DNA from: Nemertoderma westbladi | Lineage: Eukaryota; Animalia; Xenacoelomorpha | Assembly (NCBI GenBank): GCA_032718475.1 | Contig: JAUCBJ010008395.1 | Coordinates: 15,282 to 79,281 of the forward strand | Length of the DNA stretch: 64,000 bases | Direction of reading: 5' to 3' | Shown here: piece after piece, positions 12,697 to 23,500 of the stretch | Numbering within the stretch: the first letter of the stretch is position 1 | Layout of the letters: each line of letters opens with the position of its first letter | Made by a program: the position numbers and the translations under genes | Notes under the pieces: model-generated | Databases searched by the model: none | Told to the model about the DNA's origin: nothing | The model's input: the letters and a program-made list of their open reading frames with translations, nothing else

Positions 12697-14145
12697 ATGA
12701 CGGAGTTGATAGAAGATGATCTTGGTATCAGGGAGCGATATACTCTACCTTTACAAGCATTTGTGGATAGCTTGATACGCGGTGAAACCGATCCAACCAT
12801 TACGGAGGACGATGGTCGTTATATCGAACCGCCGATGTCCCAAGAGCAACTTACGCGTGAATTGGACTATCGAAAATTCACCGCTCGCTATACGCATCGT
12901 AATGGTACGTATATGGACTTCCTAACTACCGGCCATCCTATCGATTTACATGATACGGACGATGTAGACACCGAAAGGGAAATGGTTCTATTTAAATATC
13001 ATACCCAGCGGAGTCGTAACGATAAACCGAGAATAGATCACGAAAATTATATTCGTAACAGACTGGGAAGACGAACCAATATGCCTAGAATCTGAGGAGA
13101 TTCAGCCTATCGCGCCCGGAACAGCGACAACGATTACATCCTAGAATGGTATCAAGGTCCACAGTGTCTCACTGCGTACGATTATCGCCATGCCAACTAT
13201 GTTTCTCGGCAACGTTGTCGGTTATGCGCATCGAGAGACCATGTTACGCCCATGGACACAAACGTCCGCTGTTCCTATTTCCACGAACGACCGGCGATGG
13301 AAATTTATTGCGCGTATTGCAGACTCAATAACTTGCATATTTTTGCGGTTTGCCCTCAATTTATGACTCAATGTCACCGTTGTCGGCTAAAGGGACACGC
13401 CAGTTTCGATTGCCCTTTTAATCACGATTTAGAAAGCGTAGATGAAATGATCACACTACGTTACATCAGAGCTTGGGAAGCGAACGCTGATTTACATTGT
13501 GATTCGCGCCATCGCTATTATCCCGGACGCGCTTACGAAGGAGTTTATGCGTTCCATCCTTATCTATTCGCTTCGGTTGAACAGAAATCACGCATATCGA
13601 GTTACGAACTACTGAAGCGCGTCGGAGAATGTATCTCAACCAAGTTCGTACGCAAATTTCTCAGGAGTGTTAATCCTAGCGACCTTCATTCCTATAACTT
13701 AATCAATTATATCCGTCAGGATCCGGACTATGGAGACTTGTTTGTTAACTCACACCCCGAGTTACAGGAAGTATATCGACGGCCTTACGAATACCGAGCC
13801 CGCGAACGCGAGTTGGAAAGAACCATTAAACCCCGGAGGTTTCTAACTGCCTATGGTCCACCCACGGCCCTCGTTCAGACCACTCGTAAAGGACCCGTAA
13901 GAGCGGCTGTCTGGAAACGAGCTCTCAAAGCCGTTAGACCCCTCTCCCCTGACGTTGATGTCAATCAACCCGGTACTTCGACTGGCGGATACACCGACCA
14001 TAATCCTACACCCTCTGATGCAATCATATTGCACCCTTCACCCAGGAGTTATAGCCCTCCTTGTAAAGTGGCTCGCCCCAAGGAGAAAAGGACTCTGGCT
14101 AGCTTTAAGAAACTGCATAAACGCCGTCCGCGCAAGAAAGACTAA
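12697..14145 (+). CDS. Extra ORF with three zinc knuckles and a basic C-terminus (482 codons, one internal TGA at 13093-13095)
   Basis: The 132-aa and 297-aa ORFs are in the same frame and 13096-13251 is open. Motifs are CRLCASRDH-x9-C, CAYCRLNNLHIFAVC and CHRCRLKGHASFDC (CX2CX4HX4C); the protein ends KKLHKRRPRKKD. Confidence 0.7.
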
Positions 14146-14223
14146 CTGTTTAGAGTATTTACGTATATTAGAAACTGTGATTTTGTATATTTTATAGACT
14201 CAAATCCCATTTTCTGGGAGCGG

Positions 14224-15482
14224 TGTAAAAGCTTCTGTGGGATATAACTGGCCCTTTTGCTTCGCAATCCAGTTTCCCCCCTAGGCGCTGGAATACTCTA
14301 AAAGGCTCTATAACTATATATATATTCCCCTCGCCCGCAAGGTACCGTTATAGGTGTTTTAACGGACATAAAAGTCATTCTGCTATATACGTGTTTTGGC
14401 GGACATGGTAAGGCAAAAAACCTGCAATGCACCAAATACCTTTCACAGCTTAGCCGTGATGATTCATATTACGACATCTAACAGCTGGTTGCTGACATGG
14501 AAACAGCCATTGGCCACATGGTTCTTTGTTTAGCTTAAGCCAATCAGAGCGATTTTTTCTGTCGACGTGTAGATATTCGGTCAATCATACTAGGAGTGTT
14601 CAGTCTTACTGTTTTTTGTGATACTGTTGTGTTGTTGCTATCTAGGCCAGGAACACCGGCTCTAGAGTCAACTCGTTCATACTTTAGAAGAAACATTAGT
14701 AGGCTTAAATTATAGAGCGTATAACTGTTATCAGTGCAGTCCGACTCAATCGGCACATACATTGTCATATCATATCTTAACCTACCGTCTTAATGCTTTT
14801 TACTGTTGTCATATTTTGTATTAGTTGGTTGAATATTATTTGGAGAACATTTATAAAGAACCCAAATTTCCCAATTTTCTTGATACACTACAGGTTAGAG
14901 AGACGGGTTATATATAGCGATTGCGACTTATATTATTGTGTATGTAGTGAATTTAATGCTATTTGATAAGCACTACATTGGTCCGTTGCTGTTCTCTCTA
15001 TATATGATAAAATTCATTGACGGTCGGCAAATTAGTGAGCAGTATTGTGTGTTACCGGTAGTGTGCATGATTGTGACTGATAACTAAGCATTTCCTAAAG
15101 AATGCGCCTCATACGTGAATCATAAGCCTTACCGACTTACCGTTGTGATTAGTATAAGTCATATCTCTGTTTACTTAGATAGAGCGCCACGTCCTAAAGG
15201 AACTGTTAATATTTCCAGAAAGTGAATAATATTAGTCAGAAATTATTTATTAACGATCAATCGAATAATACAGTAAGCTTACACTGCAATAATAATCTAA
15301 GCCCTCAGAATCCAGCCCCCCGGGTATATCCAGCGGGTGAATGGACGCGCACTAGGCTGGCTTCTGCTAATGTTGTGTTTATTGGTATTAAATATTTGTC
15401 AACTTCTAAAGTATATTTATAAACCAAAAGACATATAAATTTTGGCAGGTTAAACTGCTAAAGGTCTTCAAAAGCGCGTACA
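14224..15482 (+). repeat. 3' LTR of copy A'
   Basis: TGTAAAAG...CGCGTACA, preceded by the PPT; CCAAT box near 14540. Confidence 0.88.
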
Positions 15483-16012
15483 CATGTATTTTAAAGACCT
15501 CAGGGGGAACACCATCTACTCCACTGGCACGATTGGTCTTAATGCTCTTTGCAGCAGCCTTCACTTCTGCAAAGGAGATATCACCAATGGGAATATCTGG
15601 GAGTTCAGACTCAGACACTTTTACTTCTATAAAGTTATCAGGCAATACCCTGTCATTATTGAGGAGCTGTTCAAAGTGGGCCTTCCAACCATTGAGGCGA
15701 TCGGCTGGTGATTCAGCCTTAACCTTGGTGGTTGGTTGGCTTTTCGACCAGCAAGCAAGTTGATCGATCTCCATGCCTGGGATGATTGCCTGCTGTCGTC
15801 AGCATCATTGATGGCATCAACCTGTTGGTTTATTAGCTCCTGTAAATTAACAGAGTACTGCCTGTTCAGGGACCTAGATGCAGCCTTAACTACATTCTTG
15901 GCCGCTGTAGTCTGTTTGAGTCGGGACTCTTTCTGCGCCTTGTAGAGGTCATTTCGGCACTTCTGAATTTTGTTGTCAGTCCAGGGGGCCCGTTTCCTGT
16001 TTCGAGGGTATA
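15483..16012 (-). mobile_element. RTE-like LINE fragment (linker / N-terminal RT region)
   Basis: Translation WKAHFEQLLN...EVKAAAKSIKTNRASGVDGVPPEVFK is typical of the non-LTR pre-RT region. It continues at 27178 after element B. Confidence 0.8.
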
Positions 16013-16970
16013 TGTTAAACTGGGATGGTAATAATGGGCCTCGCCCTGATTACTTTGTTTATTATCTGATAATAATTGACTGCCAATCTCTGTAGATAGT
16101 AGCTCCCACATTTCCTACTTTCTATTGGTACAGTACAAGGTGCTAATAGTTATGATCAGCTGTTCTGGCCCTACCATTGAATGCCTTGTAACGATAGTTA
16201 AGGAATTATTGCGGTCAGGTGGTACCTCAGCTTTCATGTAATAGTGTTGCTTTCATGTAGTCAGGTTGTACCTCTACATTGATAATACCGTACTAAACAT
16301 ATTTGAACTTATTTATATTTAGATATATTTCATATTTATATTCAGTCAGTGGCTACCTAGTACTCGCTGTGCTGTACGAGGCGACCCAGTCTTGCCTGGT
16401 GCTTTTCCTCAACCGAGCAGTTTACCGTCCGCGTGAGTTATCCGGTCGCGGTCACGGTCGGTGCGTCTGGATGGTTGGTGGCCCCCCTTGGCCCCAACGG
16501 CAACCACCGATAGCTCAACAAACTCTATTTCATTCGGCCTTGCCTATTCGCCTGACATAACGGCATAGGGAGCCATACTTTCCTTTAACGTGTTATCTTT
16601 CACGATACAGATAACCCACCTATTGGGTTTCTGGGATCATTATATTATGATATAAAGTACACCCTCAATCGTACTGATTGTCGGGCCTGTTTGTGTTGGT
16701 TATTATTGTGAACGGTGCTACACAGCGGAGGCCAGTTAAACAAACAAAGTGAGTTTCAAACCACATTAATAGGTTTACCCTGCTTGGTGTCTTGTAGCTC
16801 TACCGTAAAGCCATAAGCTGCCCCCTTATGACCCTTTTGTGTAAGATAGTTTAAAATAAGTGTGCGAATGTCCCCTATCCACCCCGGAATTCGACCTGTC
16901 AGTCACGTCGTACCGAGAAAGTCGGGTGTCAGGTTCTTTATTAACTGTCTAACAGTCACCGACTTTGACA
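16013..16970 (+). repeat. 5' LTR of element B
   Basis: TGTTAAAC...TTTGACA, direct repeat of 26215-27172. Confidence 0.97.
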
Positions 16971-16982
16971 TTAAAGGAAAGT
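16971..16982 (+). promoter_or_regulatory. Non-tRNA primer-binding site of element B (TTAAAGGAAAGT), complementary to LTR-internal 16577-16588
   Basis: It abuts the terminal CA of the LTR and is the perfect 12-nt reverse complement of ACTTTCCTTTAA inside the LTR. There is no TGG-type PBS. Confidence 0.7.
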
Positions 16983-17595
16983 TAGATTTTTCAATTAATA
17001 CCAGTTACCTGTAATTGATATTAATTGGAGAAAGTGCGATCCTCATTCGCCACCTTTCTGTGTGGTCTGATTTTACTTACAGTACCTTTAAAGTGAGATA
17101 TATATTAAAAAAAAATATATAAGGGTTAATTTTTTACTGTTGCTGGTAATATCTAAGTTTATATATATACTGTACTGTTGTATATATGGTGTGTTTACAT
17201 AGAGTAGATATACCGGTAGTATACATAATTAAATTGACTTGGGATTCCAATGATATTTGACTGTGGAATGTCTGCATACTGGCAACCTTAATAAAATTAC
17301 ACACCTTTGATTAAATTGATAATTGGTTTAATTTCGTAAATTTAAATATATTGAAATTGGCCTAAAACGAATAGTTTTGTTTCCGCAGCGATTTGTTGCA
17401 GATATTGTTTACTATTTCGACTTACTACTAACCGCTAACCGCTGTATAGTTTCTCATTTAAATTTAGGCTATAATGTAAAAGGTTGACCTGAAAAAATTG
17501 GTTATTAAAAAGATAAAGGCTAATTTATTTTATTTTACAGGCCTACATAATCAATTATTAATTTATATAAATAACAATTCCCACAAGTATTAAAT

Positions 17596-20500
17596 ATGAG
17601 TGATTATAGTAAAACTAGTCAAAGGTCAACCCAAAGTCAGCAAGTCCTAAGTCCACAGCGAACCAAACCAAAGGTTATACAGGATAAAGTACAAGGTGGC
17701 CTTGGGGCACCTCCCACAAGGAACGCAGCTCATGTTGGGGCTGCGGCCGTAGCCAATCAAAACTTACCTGAGATTTTGGTTAGCCTAGCTGCACTTGGTC
17801 TCGACGCTGCCTCTCTGGAAACAGAGGGTTGGCGCAGGGCACTTGGTGGGGTCATTGGCTACCGCAACCGCCGAGTCAATGAAATTATTGCCTTGCAAAG
17901 GGCATGGACTGATGAGACTCCTATTGATCTCCTACGGGGTTATGGCATCGAGATGGAGGAGATATTATCAAAAAGACGGCATCTCAGTGAAACCTTGCTT
18001 CGGTATGCTAAACTTACAAACCGTGAGCCCATATGCTTATATGTACAAAAGGCAGATGCCGAATTTACTGTCATAATCAATAAATTTTTTAATGCTATGC
18101 CGGGAGGTCTATACCCACTTAAAGCAGCCAAGTCTTTGGGAGAGGTGGTGCCACCAGTAGTGGATGAAATCACTGGTAAAGTTGCTGATATGACAATTTG
18201 CTCACCAACCAATATATCAGTTGTACCTTATGTTACACCAGTAAGTCGTTCTGTTGATGTAGCTACTGAATTAGCAGCTGATAACACACTCTGTCCAAAC
18301 GACAGTGTTTCCCAAATACCCGTAGGTTCTCACTGCAGCAACTCCAGTTCTACCGTTCGAGCCTATCTGGAGGCTGAGCAGAAAAGGGATGAAGCACACA
18401 GGGAGAGAGTTAGGCGCCATGCTGTAATGGAGCAGGAGGAAGCTCTCCTCAAAGCCGAGGCTGTTAGGCAACGCGCTATTAAAGAGCAAGAAGAACAAAT
18501 CTCTCGCGTTGATACTGCTATAATCAAAGCACAGGCCAAGCGGCGTGCCCAAGAAAAAATGGATGAAGCTGAAATGGAGATTGAGCAGCGTAAATCTCGT
18601 AGAATCATTGAGTATGGTTCAGGTGGAAGTGCGGGATCAGGTCTTTCACGGGGAACATTTCCGCTCCGAACCCCAGATCGACATCCACATGTAACATCTA
18701 CACTCACTTCAACACAAATCCCAGCGACTATGCCAGTGACATATAATAATTTGTCGCCACCTTTAGTGTCGGCTGTTAAGGCAGCCAATCCATCCATAAC
18801 ACCATTAAATCCAAAGGCAGTGCCTTTCCTGCCATTAAAACCATTACCAACTGGTCAATATCGGGTTCGAGAACCAAACCCAAACCATAGGCGAAGTATG
18901 CCTTCCTCTGCTGCCATACCCATTCATCAAGATCCTGAAGCAGAGCGACAACCATTTGCCTCAGGTACTCGACCACCAATTGCGAGTAATCTTCCACAGG
19001 TAACCAAGAAATTTCCAGCTCAGGACATTCGGTATCTACCAGGAACTGCTTTAGGGTCAAATCCACATCGAGAATTCATGAACACTGACAATGGTCCTCC
19101 CATCCCACGATCACAAAATCCAGTGTGGTATCCACATAATGCAAGAATGTCTGGGCCACCATATGGCTCGCAGCGACATCAATATCCAGAGGTATCCCGA
19201 TATAATGATGTTGATCCAATGGGATATCCAGAAATAGGGACTCAAAATCAAAATACCCAAAATATTGGACAATCACAATCTGGGCTTAACACTAGTCTAG
19301 AACAAGCCAGTATGCGAATTTTGTCGCATACAGAAATCAATCGATTTCTACCATACACTAAATTTGTCACCTTCAAAGGTGACCCAGAACAATGGCCAGC
19401 CTTCTTACAGTACTTTACCACAACTGTTCTTAGTAAAGGCTTGTCCTCTCAGGAAAATCTTAGCTTTTTGCTATCTGCAACTGCTGGGCCGCCCCACCTT
19501 GCAGTCACCCAACATATTGGAATCCCTGGGGGTTTTGAGAAGGCCTGGGCAAAACTTAAAAAACGCTATGGCAATCCGCGATGGCTTGCCAAAGAGTTAT
19601 ATCGCCAAGTTATTGAGTATCCTGCTCTTAAAGGCCAGCAGGATATTACTCCATTTTTTGATACATTGGAGCGTATTGTAGCGCAATTAACAGCAATTGA
19701 TCAAATAAATGAATTGGATAACGCCCCAATTATAAGTACTATGGTCCAGAAACTAACTGGAGCATGTCAAGGTCGGTGGTTTAAGAATGTGAAACGTCTT
19801 GTATACCCCGAATCTGATCGTATTATGCCTCGTTCTGAGAATCTAAATGATTTTATGAAGTTTCTTGAATGGGAAGTTGATTTGGCTGAGTGCAGTGGTG
19901 CCCCAACAGCTGCTGCTATAGATAAGGCAGCACGGAATCAACCTAGAACCGAATTACGGCCTTCTTATCGATGGCATCCAAAAAAGGCAGTTGAAGCAGC
20001 CTTTGCAGCCTCAGCAGCTGTAACTCCAGAAATTTATAATAAGTCAGCCGATGAGGAATCAGAAGAAACAACCTGTGCAGTAACAGACCGCAAATTGCCT
20101 TTACCAAGTAAATCAAAATCCTCTAAACCAAAACTGTCATGTGAAAAACCCAAGTCAGTACCACCCGAATGCATCCGATGTAAAAATGGTAATCACCATA
20201 TCTACCGCTGCGAAACATTTCACAAAGATGATGTTAAACAGCGCCGAGACTTTATATCAAAGTCTCGACTTTGTTATAATTGTCTTCGTTCAGGTCACAC
20301 CACCACAGAGTGCCCTTCAGCACGAAATTGCAGAGCATGTGATAATCGCCATCATACCTTGATATGTCGAGACCCTAATGCTTCAACTGCTGTAGCTGTA
20401 CTTACTGCAGAGTTGATTACTGGATCAGATTCATCCTTTGTTGAAGATAGTCCAGGAGAGGTAGAAGCAGAGGCTGAGGCCTATATAGTTGAAATGGTAG

Positions 20501-23500
20501 ACTCTCCATCCATTGCTAAATCTTTCTTTATAGGAAAACGCAGTGTTAAAGAATATCCTATTCTTCCAGTTCGTGTCATGGGTCATGGCATTGAGCATCA
20601 CTGCTTTGCTTTGCTAGATACTGGCAGTACTGCAACATTTTTAGATGAGTCTGTCTTTGACAAGATCTTCCCAGAATCAACTAGTCTTAGATTGACATTG
20701 CAAGGTATTTCAGGGGAAGAAGTCATGGGTACAAGAAAGGCATTTGGCTCCATTAGTTCTCTGGAGGGAAGCTGTACTGCTCGCCTCCCTCGTGTGCGAA
20801 TGGTTCGCCTGAAGTTTGGTCAAGCTTGTGGTCAAGCATATGATTGGGCTTCAGACCCTTTTCCTGCAGAAGTTGGCTTGAAAGCACCAACTCTGCCTGA
20901 TCCATCAGTTGTAATGATCATTGGTGGTAATTGCTCAGAAATGCGTATTATATTAGAACAGCGCCCATCTAATCCTACTGCATATGGATGTCTAGCTACC
21001 CGAAGTCTACTGGGTTGGTACTTTACAGGCCCCTCTCGACGAACTTGTATAGAACGCCAATGGCCAGTTGATGACATTGAATCAACAATGGCTGCTGATC
21101 GTGGTGATGCCTCTGCTGCACTATGGGCACAGGAGGTTCCCCCCGGTGAGACCTCTGAGCTGCTTCTTCTTCAAGAAGAAGTATACCAAGAAGATGATGA
21201 TACTGATGTACTATCTGAAACTTCCTTTACCAACCTCATGGAAGAGTCTCTAAACATAATAAATACTGGTCTAGATCTTCTCTGTGATGAAGATAAATAT
21301 GTACTTCAAGCTTTGGATCATAGAGTTTCTGCCTGGATTGATGGTCTGAAATTGCAGCCCCATGATTTAGAGAAAGCTAGCTCTGTAGAAGAGCTCCGTG
21401 CCGCTGAAATACAAAGGACTACACGACGTCTTCTCCCAGATGGCCATTATGAAATAGGCCTTCTCTGGCGAAAGCCTGAACCACGCCTCATTAATAATCG
21501 TCCACTTGCCTTAAGACGTCTAAATTCCCTTAAGAAACGTCTAATTGACAACCCTGAAGTAAATGTAATGTACCGCGCTGAAATGGACAAACTCTTAGCC
21601 AACGGATGGGCTATGCGTATTCCAGATCACTTAATAGCACCAACTCCTCGAACTTATTACTTGCCTCATCATTTCGTTATAAATCCTAATAAGCCAGGTA
21701 AAGTTCGTGTTGTAAATGATTGTGCTGCTGTATATCGTGGAATTTCTTTAAACAGTGAGATAATGAAAGGACCAAACTACCTTAGAAATATTGTAGGAAT
21801 TCTTCTTCGATTTCGAATCTCAGCTATTGCTTACATTGCAGACATTGAAGCTATGTTCATGCAGGTCAGAGTTACTCCGGTAGACAGAGATTCCCTGAGG
21901 TATTTATGGTGGGAATCTGAAGACATGTCAGGGGATCCCATAGAATATCAAATGTGTTCTCAAGCATTTGGTATAATATCTTCTCCATCAAATGCTGGTA
22001 GCAGTGTTGTTGGTTGCGTTGCAGATAACCAAGACCTCACCGACTCACTGGGAGAGCCGTTTTACTCACCTGATGCTGCAAGTACATTACTTCGCGACAT
22101 TTATATGGATGATATAATGAGTGCACAGCCAACAGTTGAACAGGCTATTATTGTTGCCCACCAGGTTCGTGACACTCTTGCACTAGGTGGTTTCAATCTT
22201 TTGAAGTTTGCAAGTAATAGTTCTAAGTTCTTAAAGTCTTTCAGTCCTGAGCTTCGCCAGGATGCTACTGTAGAACTTGGTATTGACCCACTTCCTGTAA
22301 CGAAAGCTCTAGGCATTCTTTGGGATCCTACAAAAGACAACCTGTTCTTTAAGGTTAAGTCCTTTACCGATGGACCTCGGACAAAGAAGTCTTGCCTCTC
22401 TATACTAGCAACGACATTTGATCCTCTAGGATTGATTGCACCAGTCATTATGGCTGGGAAAATTCTTTTAAAGGATATCTGGGCTCATGGCTTAGATTGG
22501 GATGATCCTCTTCCTGGTCACCTCTTAGCACAATGGTATAAATGGGAAACAGCCTTACACTATTTAGACACTATGCTCCTGCCACGTCAGTATTTGCCTG
22601 ATCTTCAGCCTACCTCATCTGTGGCATTCCATATCTTCAGTGATGCAAGCAGTTTAGGCATGGGAGCGGTTGCATATCTTTGTTGGGATGATGAACAGAA
22701 TATTGGTACTGCATTGTTAGGCAGCAAAACTCATATCATGCCTACGAAAGGACTAACCATACCCAGAGCAGAATTGCAAGCTGCAGTATATGCCGTTGAA
22801 TTAGCTAGAACTCTACATAAAGAACTCATATGGCCTGAGGCCAAAATTACATTCTGGACAGATGCTTCTTTAGTTCTGCAGTACTTACATAACGAGACTA
22901 CTCAGTTTGTAGTTTATGTTGCAAACCGAGTTCAAGCTATTCTCTCATTCACCACTGTGGCTCAGTGGAGACATGTACCAGGTGATCAAAACCATGCCGA
23001 TTCCGCATCGCGTGGTTTAATTTGTGACAAATTCTTAGACTGTAAACTTTGGTTCGATGGGCCAGAATTCTTACAACAAGGACCAGAGTACTGGCCTCCT
23101 CCCCTATCTGACACTACACTCGGGAAGGGAGCGGAACTCAAGGTGAAGCCTCTGATATTGGCTGTTCCAGACTTCGATTCTGCATTACAAATTAAGGTTT
23201 CAAGCCTTAGTAATCTGCTGCGGATTGTAGTACCTTCAACTGGTAATGAAACCTTTCCTGATACTACAAAAAATGTTAGTCCCCTATTACTTGATCTTAT
23301 ACAGCATTATCGATCCTTTAATAGAGCTGCAAGGGCTATTACATGGATTAAACGTTTTATTCATTGGTATTTTGGTGGAAAACCAAAGTTAACACCCAAT
23401 AAATTACCAAATATGGTTCCTCTGAAAGAACCAAATGCTGAAGACAATTCCATCCTTGAAGATACAAACAAGTGTAAAAAGCACAGAGTTTCAGAAGTGC

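Larger units (their letters stand above)
11511..15482 (+). mobile_element. 3' part of a second family-A copy (A'): 3' UTR, extra ORF, PPT and 3' LTR
   Basis: PPT GGGAGCGG (14216-14223, the same motif as in element B) lies directly before an LTR at 14224-15482 that is homologous to the element A LTR. LINE sequence resumes at 15483. Confidence 0.8.

Noticed and set aside
10226-15482. Long-TIR DNA transposon or DIRS-like element with inverted LTRs
   Set aside because: There is no TSD, transposase or tyrosine recombinase. Each arm is a TG...CA LTR, one preceded by a PPT and the other leading into BEL gag-pol.
16303-16560. 85-aa ORF repeated at 26505-26762
   Set aside because: It lies within the LTRs, starts at TTG and has no motif; the duplication simply reflects LTR identity.
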